Origin: a virus
Taxonomy: Duplodnaviria; Caudoviricetes
Strand: one strand, 5' to 3'
Virus record (IMG/VR): IMGVR_UViG_3300011008_000026
Span: 30,501-94,500 of that record
DNA length: 64,000 nucleotides
The notes beneath the pieces were generated by a model that was not told where the DNA came from, ran no database searches, and was given only the letters and a program-made list of their open reading frames with translations. The position numbers and the translations under genes are program-made. Within the stretch, counting starts at the first letter, position 1; each line of letters opens with the position of its first letter. Positions 54,526 to 63,716 of this stretch are shown here, in pieces.

Positions 54526-55114
54526 CTTCCCGCAAACAGAAAGCAAGACTTTCAGAATTTGGAATGGTCTTTTTAAGAATATCGAGATCGAAATCCTGTT
54601 TCTGTTGATCGTTCACAACGTGTAAATCGTCCATCATTCAGTGAATTCTGTTTGCGGGTTACAAATTAAACCGAGTGTCTGGTGCTACACCTTCTCATCC
54701 GCCAGCCGAAACGCACAAATACTCCAGAGTTAGAGAAGGAACTTGCCTGTAAATGGAGTAGCCGGGTTTACATCTCTGCGGTTTACCGGCAACCATACGT
54801 TGTTCCGTCCTTGAGCCGCGTATGGTACATGCCCTTGCACATAAGCATTAATGACAGGCTTGTCTCCTGTCGGGGTATAATTGAATACAGGAGTGCAGAT
54901 ACACAGAAAATACAGTACGTGTTTGCTGTGGGGTGACTCAATCTGCTGCAGACAACTCCGGCCAGTAGGAATGATTCCATCACCTACCTCTTCAACCTAG
55001 CATATGGCAGTCGTGTCTGCATTTCCGGAGAAACAGATTGTGTATTCCGGAGATTGAAAGAATAACTGTTGTGTTTTAGTAAAAGATGTCTGTCTGAGAA
55101 AGGAGATGGGACAC

Positions 55115-55285
55115 ATGCAGGACTATACTTTTATCTTATATGAGAAAATGAGCAAGAAACAGAAGAAAGAGTTTGACCGGATGAAGAGAAATACATGGGA
55201 GTTCTCCCCTGTAACCCGTGTGAAGCAGTCTAAGAAGGCTTATAACCGTAAGAGACTGGAGTCGCAGGGGTCTTATTATATATAA
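55115..55285 (+). CDS. Small basic protein (56 aa)
   Basis: RBS GAAAGGAG; MQDYTFILYEKMSKKQKKEFDRMKRNTWEFSPVTRVKQSKKAYNRKRLESQGSYYI. Confidence 0.7.
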   Translation: MQDYTFILYEKMSKKQKKEFDRMKRNTWEFSPVTRVKQSKKAYNRKRLESQGSYYI

Positions 55286-55452
55286 TATATATATGTTATA
55301 GATAGATTATGTACTCTAAACAGTGTATATTACTATATCTCCTATACATTTTTTTGAATAATAATACTTATAGTTAGATTCTTTTCAAACAAATAAGATT
55401 CTTAATAAACAGAGTAGATATACCTGAAATATTATGTTTCTTTTACTCTTCT

Positions 55453-55581
55453 CTCTCTTTCTTTTAGACTCTTCTTTTATTGTATTGTGTTTTTATACGG
55501 TTCTTAACGGAGTATATTACTTGAGGTAATATACTCCTAAACCTAAAACACAATACAATAAAACGTCTAAGAAAGAGAGAG
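55453..55581. repeat. Long interrupted inverted repeat in the AT-rich region
   Basis: Three nested arm pairs: CTCTCTTTCTT..AGAC / TTTTATTGTATTGTGTTTT / GGAGTATATTAC-ttgag and their complements. Confidence 0.8.
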
Positions 55582-55699
55582 TTTATATATATAGAGAACG
55601 CTTTTATATTATTTCTATTCTATCGATAGTAAGCAATAATATATAAAAGCAGAATTAATAACACATGTATAAGACTCTTACTTAGAAAAGAATAATTTA

Positions 55700-55950
55700 A
55701 ATCTTTTTTTATTACCTTTCTCCATTACCATTTTTTACTTATCTTTCTTTTATACTTACTTATCTTTCTTTTTTACTTACTTCTTTTACTTACTTCTTTT
55801 ATTTACTTCAATTACTTAACTTTCTTTTTTTACTTACTTTTCTTTTTCAATTAATTATCTCTTTTACTTATTCAATTCTTTACTTTTACTTTTTTTATCT
55901 ATTTCTTTGTTTTACTTATATTACTTGGCTTTTACATAAATCGTTACTTT
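55700..55950. repeat. T-rich low-complexity tract of TTACTT/TTTCTT units
   Basis: Many TTACTT(A) repeats, almost no G on the plus strand. Confidence 0.75.
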
Positions 55951-56171
55951 AATTCATTGAATAATATATTCCTTTACCTATACTTTTGTTCTATAAGATT
56001 AAAAGAATTCTTTATCTTTTACTATGTATGTTTTTTAAGTATATGTTTCTAAGTAATTGACTTTTACATATTATGTTTTCTTATTATATATTATTATATA
56101 TTATATATAAGATAGGGAAAACTTGGATTCAGCCGGCCGCAAAGAAAAATTCAGCCGGCGGTATAAAACAC

Positions 56172-56244
56172 GGGGCATTAGCGCAGTTGGTAGCGCGTTA
56201 GATTTGCATTCTAAAGACCAAGGGTTCGATTCCCTTATGCTCCA
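56172..56244 (+). tRNA. tRNA-Ala(UGC)
   Basis: Acceptor GGGGCAT/ATGCTCC with G3.U70; anticodon arm TTAGA-TTTGCAT-TCTAA; T arm AAGGG-TTCGATT-CCCTT. Confidence 0.9.
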
Positions 56245-56724
56245 CATTCCCCCTTTTTTAGAGCAACAGAAGTTGTACAGCAAACCGACTCGGTCCGTGC
56301 GGGTTCGTTTTCCGTCTTTCCCGGCTTTACGTATCGGCCGTGACTGGCGCCGCACGTTAAATAGATGTCATGTCGGACAGCATGCATCACCTCCTTTCTC
56401 AACAAGGAACAGCCGGCTGTACAGTGACTGGCGTCCCAATCTCTGTTTTGTACACACGCAGATTCGCTGCTGTTTCTGTCTGCAACTGTATTCTCCGGTG
56501 CGCAGGCCCTTGTAGCCGCCGAATACAGTCTTGCGCCGGCAAAACACTCTTAGGGATTTTTATGCAGGGTGACTGGGGTGCCTTGCAGGGGATACAGATC
56601 GACAACAATTTGGGGTAGTTGTTGGTCTGTGTCCCTTTACAACTCAATTTCACATTCGAACAACTGTCCATGACTGGCTAAGCATCGAGTGTTAACATAA
56701 ATATTAAAATTTTAGGAGGAAATC

Positions 56725-57579
56725 ATGTTCAACTACAAATTTGGTATTACACATTCCGGAGTATTTCATGCGGACGATGTTTTCAGCACGATCCTTTTGA
56801 AAAAGTTGAATCCGGAGATTCAGATCAGCCGCACTCCCCGTGACCCGGTAGATGTTCCCGAAGATACGATTGTGTTCGATCTTGGAAAGGGTAAGTTCGA
56901 TCATCATCAGCTTATCGGTAAAGAATATCGTGAAGAGACTTACGTCAATAAGGACGGAAAGCTCCAGCAGATTCCTTATGCGGCTTTCGGTCTTCTCTGG
57001 AAAGAGTTCGGCCGGGAACTGTGTTACAACGAGTCTGCCTGGACTAAGTTTGACCGTGACTTTGTCCTGCCTGTAGATGCCGCCGATAACGGTGTCCGGC
57101 GCTCTACTTTGTCCGCTGCGGTCGGCGCGTTTAATCCGGTTTGGGATGAAAACGTAAATTCCAACGACCGTTTCTTCGAGACTGTAGAGCTTATGACTCC
57201 TGTGTTTGAAGCTGAGCTCCGCCGGGTGAATTCAGCCGCGAAAGCTGAAGCTCTCGTGAAGGCAGACGCCGATAAGGCAGTGAATGGAATTATGGTCATG
57301 GAAGAATATCGTCCGTGGGAAGATATCATCCTTGAGAACTATCCTGATATTCTGTTTGTTGTGTTTCCGTCTAACAGGAACATTGGAGCGTGGAACATTC
57401 GTACGGTTCCGGATATGCCCGGTTCTTTCTCCGGAAGGAAACTCTTTCCAACAGAGTGGCTGGGAAATCCCGATGCGTCTCTTGGAATGACGTTCTGTCA
57501 TGTCAATAACTTCCTTGCGGAAGCGAAAGACTTCCAGTCGGCACTCAACATTGCAAATATTGCGGTGAACTGTGCCTGA
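56725..57579 (+). CDS. MYG1 (UPF0160) DHH-family exonuclease
   Basis: THSGVFHADDV, FDHHQ, YAAFGLLWKEFG, VDAADNG, TFCH. Confidence 0.9.
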   Translation: MFNYKFGITHSGVFHADDVFSTILLKKLNPEIQISRTPRDPVDVPEDTIVFDLGKGKFDHHQLIGKEYREETYVNKDGKLQQIPYAAFGLLWKEFGRELCYNESAWTKFDRDFVLPVDAADNGVRRSTLSAAVGAFNPVWDENVNSNDRFFETVELMTPVFEAELRRVNSAAKAEALVKADADKAVNGIMVMEEYRPWEDIILENYPDILFVVFPSNRNIGAWNIRTVPDMPGSFSGRKLFPTEWLGNPDASLGMTFCHVNNFLAEAKDFQSALNIANIAVNCA

Positions 57580-58126
57580 TTTACGATTTCAAGATGCTGG
57601 TTTTAACCGGTATCTTTTATGCGGACAAGAGTTCAGTCGGTGCAACTCCAGTAGTCCGTTATGACCCGGCATATTAACCCGACAGATTCCATAGAAGGCT
57701 TTGCCGAAGGAATGGAAGTTGGCTGGCAACAGAAAAACCAGACATCGGTGCAGCAGACCCGGAAGGGAAGGAGCTGCGAGTCGGCGGGCGACAGAAAAAC
57801 CGGGAACATGCCCCGACATCTAAGTCTTAATGACAGGCTGATCTCCTGTCAGGGCACTAATTTAATAAAAGAGAGTGTACAAAAATACACATGCACAGCA
57901 TCTCCACTTTATCGATTTTCCTTCTTTCAACCGAGACGATCTCAGCCGCAATTAATTTTGCGACTGGTCCAGATACTGTTGTTCTCGGACGGACAATAGT
58001 GTTTGGACGAACACAGTTTTATAAATAAAATTAAAAACCGTGTCTGTGAAAAACAACATAAAGAGGTCTCGGATTTCGGTGTCTCTGGCTGTGCTTTTTA
58101 TTACACAAAATGTGTAAGAAAGGATA

Positions 58127-58375
58127 ATGAAAATGAGTGATTGGATACCTATGTCTGAACAGCTCCCCGAAGGATATCGGCTGGCCCTTGTGTCCGTCAA
58201 CGAAAACAAGTATCTACGCGGCGTTAACACCGCAATGTTAATCGACGGGAAATGGTATCTCCGGCTGGGAGAAGAGCCGCTTAAACTGCGGTTGAATGCC
58301 TGGATGCCCCTGCCTGAACCTTGGGACGAAACAGAAGGAAAGACAAATTTTCAAGAGAAAGAAGGACAAGCATGA
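58127..58375 (+). CDS. DUF551-like phage protein
   Basis: WIPMSEQLPE...AWMPLPEP. Confidence 0.75.
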   Translation: MKMSDWIPMSEQLPEGYRLALVSVNENKYLRGVNTAMLIDGKWYLRLGEEPLKLRLNAWMPLPEPWDETEGKTNFQEKEGQA

Positions 58376-58863
58376 TTGCAAATAAACGTATTGTTGCAAG
58401 AGTCCCTGTAGACATCCAGATTGCAGAAGTTACTTTGTTGTCGAAAGAAGAATTCGAAATCGCGGAAAACAATATCTCTGCTATAAGAGGGTGGTGGTGG
58501 CTTCGGTCGCCCGGCTTCACTCTGCACAACGCAGCACTCGTGTACGACTACGACGACGGCTTGCTCTACGACCACGATGTCGACGACGATCGCGGTTGTG
58601 TGCGTCCGGCTTTGCGGATCGTTCAAACGCCATACGGCCTGAAACTGCACGACGTTATCGAACTTGCAGGCTATTCGTGGACGATCGTTTGTGTGCTGGA
58701 AAATTACTGCTACGCCCTGTGCAACTGCGCTGTCGGAGAAACTTATTTCCGTGAAGACTGGAAAGCAGAAAACGCTAACAATTACGAAACGAGCGATGTC
58801 AGAAAGTGGCTGGAAAACTGGGTCAAAGAAGTCGGAATCGAGATTACAGAAAAAGGAACATGA
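58372..58863 (+). CDS. DUF6273-like phage protein
   Basis: VTLLSKEE, WWWLRSPG, CVRPAL, NNYETSDVRKWL. Confidence 0.7.
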   Translation: MIANKRIVARVPVDIQIAEVTLLSKEEFEIAENNISAIRGWWWLRSPGFTLHNAALVYDYDDGLLYDHDVDDDRGCVRPALRIVQTPYGLKLHDVIELAGYSWTIVCVLENYCYALCNCAVGETYFREDWKAENANNYETSDVRKWLENWVKEVGIEITEKGT

Positions 58864-58866
58864 AGA

Positions 58867-59199
58867 ATGAACGGCTGGAAAACAAATAAGCCTCCTGCTA
58901 AAGGTGTCTACCTTGTTACTTACGCAGACAGACATCTCGATCTTAAGAACTGGACAGGCAAAGACTGGGCAGACGTTCCGGAAGGACTGAAAGTAATTGC
59001 GTGGATGCATGCCCCGGCTGTCTATGCTCCGGCGGATATCGAACAGTTGAAAAACAGTATCGAAAACGCAATAGAGCGGCTCCGTAAAATGAGAGATATA
59101 CTTGATACACAGTCTTCAAGGTTTCTTGACGCTGTAGAGAGAACGATCCGGAATCTGAACATAGATCTGGAAACGTTCTTGGAGTATCGGGACAAATAA
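58867..59199 (+). CDS. DUF551-like domain plus coiled coil
   Basis: KPPAKGVYLVT...VIAWM. Confidence 0.65.
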   Translation: MNGWKTNKPPAKGVYLVTYADRHLDLKNWTGKDWADVPEGLKVIAWMHAPAVYAPADIEQLKNSIENAIERLRKMRDILDTQSSRFLDAVERTIRNLNIDLETFLEYRDK

Positions 59200-59346
59200 A
59201 AATATTTGCAGACAAGGAAGTACAACATGATAACAGGTTTGATAAACTTGGTATTGATTGCTGGCCTGATACTGTTCTTTCTGTATTCGGTCGGAGATTT
59301 TTATAACCGGTTTAAGTAAATTGATTGCGAGAAAGGATTGAGCGAT

Positions 59347-59778
59347 ATGCTGTTCAGAGATAAATATGGTTTTCTGTCCAATATGTATTCTTGCAAAGTG
59401 GAATATAACGGCTGTGTTTATCCCTGTGCGGAAACAGCCTTTCAGGTAGCCAAGTGCGCCAATCCAAGCGATGAAGATCTGTTCCTGACAAATTACGGAT
59501 ACGTGAACGGATTTATGGCGCGGAAAATAGGCCGGTCTGTTAAGCTCCGGAATGACTGGGAGAAGCAGAAGCCGTGGATTATGCTGGACATCATCCGGGC
59601 CAAGTTCTCCGAACCTTCTCTTCGGGCCGCGCTGCTGGCAACTGGCAACGAACGGCTCGTTGAAGAAAACACTTGGGGAGACAGGTACTGGGGTGTCTGC
59701 AACGGAGAAGGTCAAAATATGCTTGGCCGGATATTAATGCATGTCCGGAAAGAGTTTCAACAGGAATCTTTGGAATGA
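59347..59778 (+). CDS. NADAR (YbiA-like) family protein
   Basis: FLSNMY, AETAFQVAK, LRNDWE, RAKFS, LLATG, LVEENTWGDRYWG, GQNMLGRILM. Confidence 0.9.
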   Translation: MLFRDKYGFLSNMYSCKVEYNGCVYPCAETAFQVAKCANPSDEDLFLTNYGYVNGFMARKIGRSVKLRNDWEKQKPWIMLDIIRAKFSEPSLRAALLATGNERLVEENTWGDRYWGVCNGEGQNMLGRILMHVRKEFQQESLE

Positions 59779-59804
59779 AAAGATCCCCATAGAAAGGAAA
59801 ACAA

Positions 59805-59996
59805 ATGACATACGAAGTGTCTGTAACTGCTACGATAGATAAAACAATTGTTGTCGAAGCTGAAGATGACGAAGAAGCCCGCGATATTGCGGAAGCAAAG
59901 GTCTGCGCTGAGCTTCACAATATTCCAGACGTAACAGAGATTAATGCATGGGATGTTTACCGTGTTAGAAAGGAGAAAAAGAATGCCCGTTCTTGA
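59805..59996 (+). CDS. Small hypothetical protein
   Basis: VEAEDDEEARDIA motif; RBS. Confidence 0.65.
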   Translation: MTYEVSVTATIDKTIVVEAEDDEEARDIAEAKVCAELHNIPDVTEINAWDVYRVRKEKKNARS

Positions 59997-60195
59997 TCTG
60001 ATTGCAAATTCGGAGTTTAGTTTTAATGTCCGGTACAAGGTGCTGGAGTACCTTCCTACGAACGAAGATCCGGAACATGTAGAGTTGCTGTACGACTCTG
60101 AGAAAAACAATCCGGTAGATCTTCAGAAGCTTTTTGCAATGCATATTATCGCTGTCAACGAGACAGACGATGGACTTGAAATTGAATGTTATTAA
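59983..60195 (+). CDS. Small hypothetical protein
   Basis: RBS AAAGGAG. Confidence 0.6.
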   Translation: MPVLDLIANSEFSFNVRYKVLEYLPTNEDPEHVELLYDSEKNNPVDLQKLFAMHIIAVNETDDGLEIECY

Positions 60196-60207
60196 AGGTG
60201 AAATAGA

Positions 60208-60522
60208 ATGCAAGATTATTCCAACTTCTTTGTAAACAGTAATTGCCGGCTGGATAATCTTGAGCTTGAAGAAAAGAAGATTATAGCCGCGCATAATGCT
60301 TATCTGCACCATCTCAAGAAATACTACGATGATGGTGGCTGGCACAACCTTCGTGCCTACCTGATCAACCGTGTCGAAGAACTGACAAACTACCGGCTGA
60401 TCGTAACATGGGATGACGATAATATATATGCTTTCAGCCCGAATATCAAAATTCAGGACAGAAAGACGTATCTGAAAGAGAAATATGACTTCAACTGGAA
60501 AGAACCGCAGAACATAGATTGA
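60208..60522 (+). CDS. Hypothetical protein
   Basis: RBS AAAGGTG. Confidence 0.65.
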   Translation: MQDYSNFFVNSNCRLDNLELEEKKIIAAHNAYLHHLKKYYDDGGWHNLRAYLINRVEELTNYRLIVTWDDDNIYAFSPNIKIQDRKTYLKEKYDFNWKEPQNID

Positions 60523-60886
60523 TAGATGATTATTATCCTTAACAAACTTAAAGTTTTTATAAGGATTGAAGGGCATGTTGAGCCAATAGGACGCTTACTC
60601 TTGTGAAAACCGTAGTGCGAGGTTGTAAATATCGGACGGCGGTAAGCACGATCTGTTTGTTGGGAGAAGGCTGGAGCAGATCAATTATTGGTGTAAAGGA
60701 GACATTGTAATGAAAAAGGATTGTAACTTTCACAAAGAAAGACTGGAAAAAGACTGGTGCAAGATAGAACCTGATATAGTAAACCATGAACCATGGGATT
60801 TGTCTATTTGCAGAGAGAAATGCCAAGAATGTGAATCAAAAGATGACTGTGTTCATTGGGTAAATCTATAACTTAAAGGAGACTTT

Positions 60887-61111
60887 ATGATAAGAGTCAG
60901 ACTTAATAAACTTAAAAATGATTCAGGAACTCCTGAAGACATTAATACCATCGAAGAATTCTGCGGTTTGACACCAAAGGAAGCTTTGATGAAAATGGTT
61001 AAGTTTACTGAAAAGTATCCTTCGGCTGAAATCATGGACACATCCAGACTTGAGCTGAGAGATGCTGATGGAAATTATTCCTGCCAAGTTGATTGCGTGC
61101 CGGACGCATAA
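60887..61111 (+). CDS. Hypothetical protein
   Basis: RBS AAAGGAG. Confidence 0.65.
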   Translation: MIRVRLNKLKNDSGTPEDINTIEEFCGLTPKEALMKMVKFTEKYPSAEIMDTSRLELRDADGNYSCQVDCVPDA

Positions 61112-61210
61112 CGCTCGGCCGCTAAAGCGGCCGATTATTCCGGGCGAGGCTCGGGGATCAATCCCCGCAATCCGATATCAAAATTTAAAGATAAAAAGGA
61201 GAATTGAAAA

Positions 61211-61861
61211 ATGATCAACGAAAAGATGACTGTGCACAAAGCTCTGGCTGAACTCAAAACCCTGTCTTCCCGTATCAACGACGCGATTGGAGAAGCGTCC
61301 TTCGTAACGACGAACAAGCATGGTAACACCAGGCTGAACGGCAAGCCCATCTCCGACTTCAACAATTCCGCTCTGGACGCTATGAAGTCGATTACGGCCC
61401 TGATTAATCGCCGCAACGCGATTAAGCGAGCCGTCACCAACTCCAATGCTGTCACCAAAGTGACCATCGGAGACACGGAGTACACCGTCGCCGAAGCCAT
61501 CGACATGAAAGCCAACGGAATGGCGTTCAAGCAGGCGTTGATGAACCGGATCTCGGCTCAGCTGGAAGCGGCCCGTCGTACCGTAGACCGTGAGAACGGC
61601 CAGAAGCTGGACGACCGTGCCGATCAGTACATCCGCAATCTTTACGAGAATGCTGAGATGAAGAACCTGTCCGATGAAGTTAAGAAGGTTCGGAATGAGT
61701 TTGTAGACTCTCAGACCGTTGACATTATCGATCCGATTCATGCGGAAAACGAGCTGAAGAAGCTTCGGGATGAGATCGATTCCTTCATGACCGAAGTAGA
61801 TTCCGCGCTGTCTGTCTCGAACGCCCTGACGACGATCGAGATCGAATACGAGACATACTAA
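61211..61861 (+). CDS. Helical coiled-coil protein (possibly DIP1984/DUF6847-like)
   Basis: MTVHKALAELKTL...TVAEAID...EVDSALSVSNALTTIEI; strong RBS; family call tentative. Confidence 0.75.
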   Translation: MINEKMTVHKALAELKTLSSRINDAIGEASFVTTNKHGNTRLNGKPISDFNNSALDAMKSITALINRRNAIKRAVTNSNAVTKVTIGDTEYTVAEAIDMKANGMAFKQALMNRISAQLEAARRTVDRENGQKLDDRADQYIRNLYENAEMKNLSDEVKKVRNEFVDSQTVDIIDPIHAENELKKLRDEIDSFMTEVDSALSVSNALTTIEIEYETY

Positions 61862-61869
61862 GATAAAAC

Positions 61870-62250
61870 ATTGCCTGAATGCGAAAACCGTGAACCATAT
61901 TCACTGTGTGGCCGCAGGGATAACCACCCAGTTTAAACTCTAAAACCCTGCAAATAACAGCTTGCGCTATAAGCTAAATATGAATAAGTGAGAGCAGCCA
62001 GACCGCCTAAGATAACGGCGGAGAATGCTGTTTTCAACCGGCATACATATGTGTGTATAGCCTGCGTGGCAAGGCCACGGTAAAGTTCATATTTCAACGC
62101 TGAAAGAACAAAGCTGAAAGCTTAAACTTTATGTTTGTGTAAAGTTTAACGAGTAACGGTTAAGCAGTAAGATTCGATAAAATCCCGGGTAAAGGGTTAG
62201 CGGTTGAATATGATGCCGCACGGTGAACCCCCGGGCTGCATTCAGGCAAT
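61870..62250 (+). ncRNA. Putative ~380-nt structured non-coding RNA
   Basis: Closed by 13-bp ATTGCCTGAATGC/GCATTCAGGCAAT; many internal helices; no ORF in the track. Confidence 0.6.
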
Positions 62251-62260
62251 TTTTATATAC

Positions 62261-62320
62261 GTAGGTATCGAAGGTTAACATCAAAAATTTGGTGTATGAG
62301 TTCAAATCTCATTACCTGCA
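62261..62320 (+). ncRNA. tRNA-like element (acceptor and T arm, no canonical D or anticodon arm)
   Basis: GTAGGTA...TACCTGC-A acceptor; ATGAG-TTCAAAT-CTCAT T arm; internal ACATCAAA/TTTGGTGT hairpin. Confidence 0.55.
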
Positions 62321-62356
62321 AGAAAAAAGAAAATGATTAAAAAGTAGGAGATTAAT

Positions 62357-63136
62357 ATGGCTGCTAAGAAAAAGCTGGTTGCAACAATTGAAACCGAAAA
62401 TGGGACCGTAGAAGAAACTTTTAATCCCGAAACCGCAAGCACCCGTGTAGAAATTAAGCCGGTTCCGATTGAGAAAGCCAGGATTAAGATTATTGGTGAT
62501 ACACCCCTGCTCGTTCATGCGTGGAGTGAAAAGGCTAAGAAGGAAATGCTTGCAAACCAGCAGATGTCCGCTCGTGAAAAGAAGGTTAAGGAACATGACA
62601 AGAGAGAGCCATTTGCTGACTTTGTAGAAGCGGCTTACTGGATTACTCCGCAGCCTGAGGTTCGCGGATTGCCCGAAGAAAAACAAATCAAACTGTTTGA
62701 AGATGCCATCGAGAATGGTGCACAGTTTGGATTCCCGGTCATCGCATTCAAACAGGCTACGATTCTTGCCTGTAAAGACGCTGGATTCATTCGTGGTACT
62801 ACCATCATGCGCAGGCTGTTCCATGTCAATGCTGTGAATGGCGCTCATGTTCGTTCCTCTCAGGAACTGGCTATTCTGAATATCGAAGAGCCGCCGGAAC
62901 TGTCTGAAGACGTCGTGAAGATTGGTCTGAGCAAGGTTGCCGATCTGCGGTATCGTCCTTCTTTCCGAAAGTGGAGCGTGGAGCTTGAGCTGAGTCTGAT
63001 TAAGACTGGTATGTTCGAAATGAGCGATATCATTACCGCGATCGATATGGCTGGATTTATGAACGGCGTTGGCGAATGGCGTATCGAGAAGAACGGTGAA
63101 TTTGGATGCTTCCATGTAGCAAGGGAAGGTGAGTAA
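62357..63136 (+). CDS. Stand-alone RAMP/Cas7-like protein
   Basis: ARIKIIGDTPLLVH first strand; FGFPVIAFKQA (cf. RAMP IPGSSLKG); C-terminal glycine loop AGFMNGVGEWRIEKNGEFGCFHV. Confidence 0.7.
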   Translation: MAAKKKLVATIETENGTVEETFNPETASTRVEIKPVPIEKARIKIIGDTPLLVHAWSEKAKKEMLANQQMSAREKKVKEHDKREPFADFVEAAYWITPQPEVRGLPEEKQIKLFEDAIENGAQFGFPVIAFKQATILACKDAGFIRGTTIMRRLFHVNAVNGAHVRSSQELAILNIEEPPELSEDVVKIGLSKVADLRYRPSFRKWSVELELSLIKTGMFEMSDIITAIDMAGFMNGVGEWRIEKNGEFGCFHVAREGE

Positions 63137-63661
63137 ATGCAAGCGTTTGAGTACAAATACAGAGTTTCCGGAATCCACAAAACACCAGCGCAGGTAGCCG
63201 GTGAAGTTTGCGAAGAGTTGTCTCATTCCGAGCTTGGCTTAACTCCTCAGACGCTTGTTGATTTCAGCCGTCCTGTCGAGTCTCCGACTCATCAGGAGTT
63301 TGAATGGGACGACAGCCTTGCAGCTGAAGAGTATCGCAAAACACAGGCCGCGAAGTTGATTCGGAATATCGTTGCTGTCAAAATCGAAGAGACGACTTCC
63401 GAGCGTGTTATCAGTATCATTGAAGAGCAAAGATCTTCTGAACGAAGCGCAGACAACCGGGTCACACAAAGGTGCTTCGTATCAACCGGAGAACGGGATC
63501 ACAACTACGTAACAATCGAAGACGCGATGGAGAACAGCGTCTGGAGAGCGAACCTGCTTGAAGCAGCCAAGCGCGACATGAAAGCGTTTGTCAGCAAATA
63601 CCGCATGTTAAAAGAACTCTCAAATATTATCGTCGAAATGGACGAACTCTTATCTGCCTGA
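63137..63661 (+). CDS. Conserved phage protein, partner of the RAMP-like gene
   Basis: Starts immediately after the upstream stop (TAA ATG); LTPQTLVD...HQEFEWDDSLAAEEYRKTQAAKLIR. Confidence 0.75.
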   Translation: MQAFEYKYRVSGIHKTPAQVAGEVCEELSHSELGLTPQTLVDFSRPVESPTHQEFEWDDSLAAEEYRKTQAAKLIRNIVAVKIEETTSERVISIIEEQRSSERSADNRVTQRCFVSTGERDHNYVTIEDAMENSVWRANLLEAAKRDMKAFVSKYRMLKELSNIIVEMDELLSA

Positions 63662-63716
63662 AGCTAGAAGACGCTTAAAGATCTTTCGGAGTGGGTGAAA
63701 GGCCTGAGAATGGTAA

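Noticed and set aside
56339-56395. Pistol ribozyme or ZTP riboswitch (CGTGACTGGCG...CACGTTAAATAG)
   Set aside because: Only short motif resemblance; I could not find the required pseudoknot partner or the CGCCTGGGC 3' element
57636-57660. Twister-sister ribozyme (GGTGCAACTCC loop)
   Set aside because: A generic T-loop-like hairpin; the other conserved elements were not found
60530-60880. Possible ncRNA in a 350-nt intergenic gap
   Set aside because: Only one modest hairpin (GATCTGTTT/GAGCAGATC) seen; insufficient support
61870-62250. A fifth group I intron, or a named large ncRNA such as ROOL or GOLLD
   Set aside because: No P7-forming R/S elements, no interrupted gene, and no sequence feature that lets me assign a family
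62261-62320. A functional third tRNA or tmRNA
   Set aside because: No anticodon loop or D stem, and no tag ORF; kept only as a tRNA-like element
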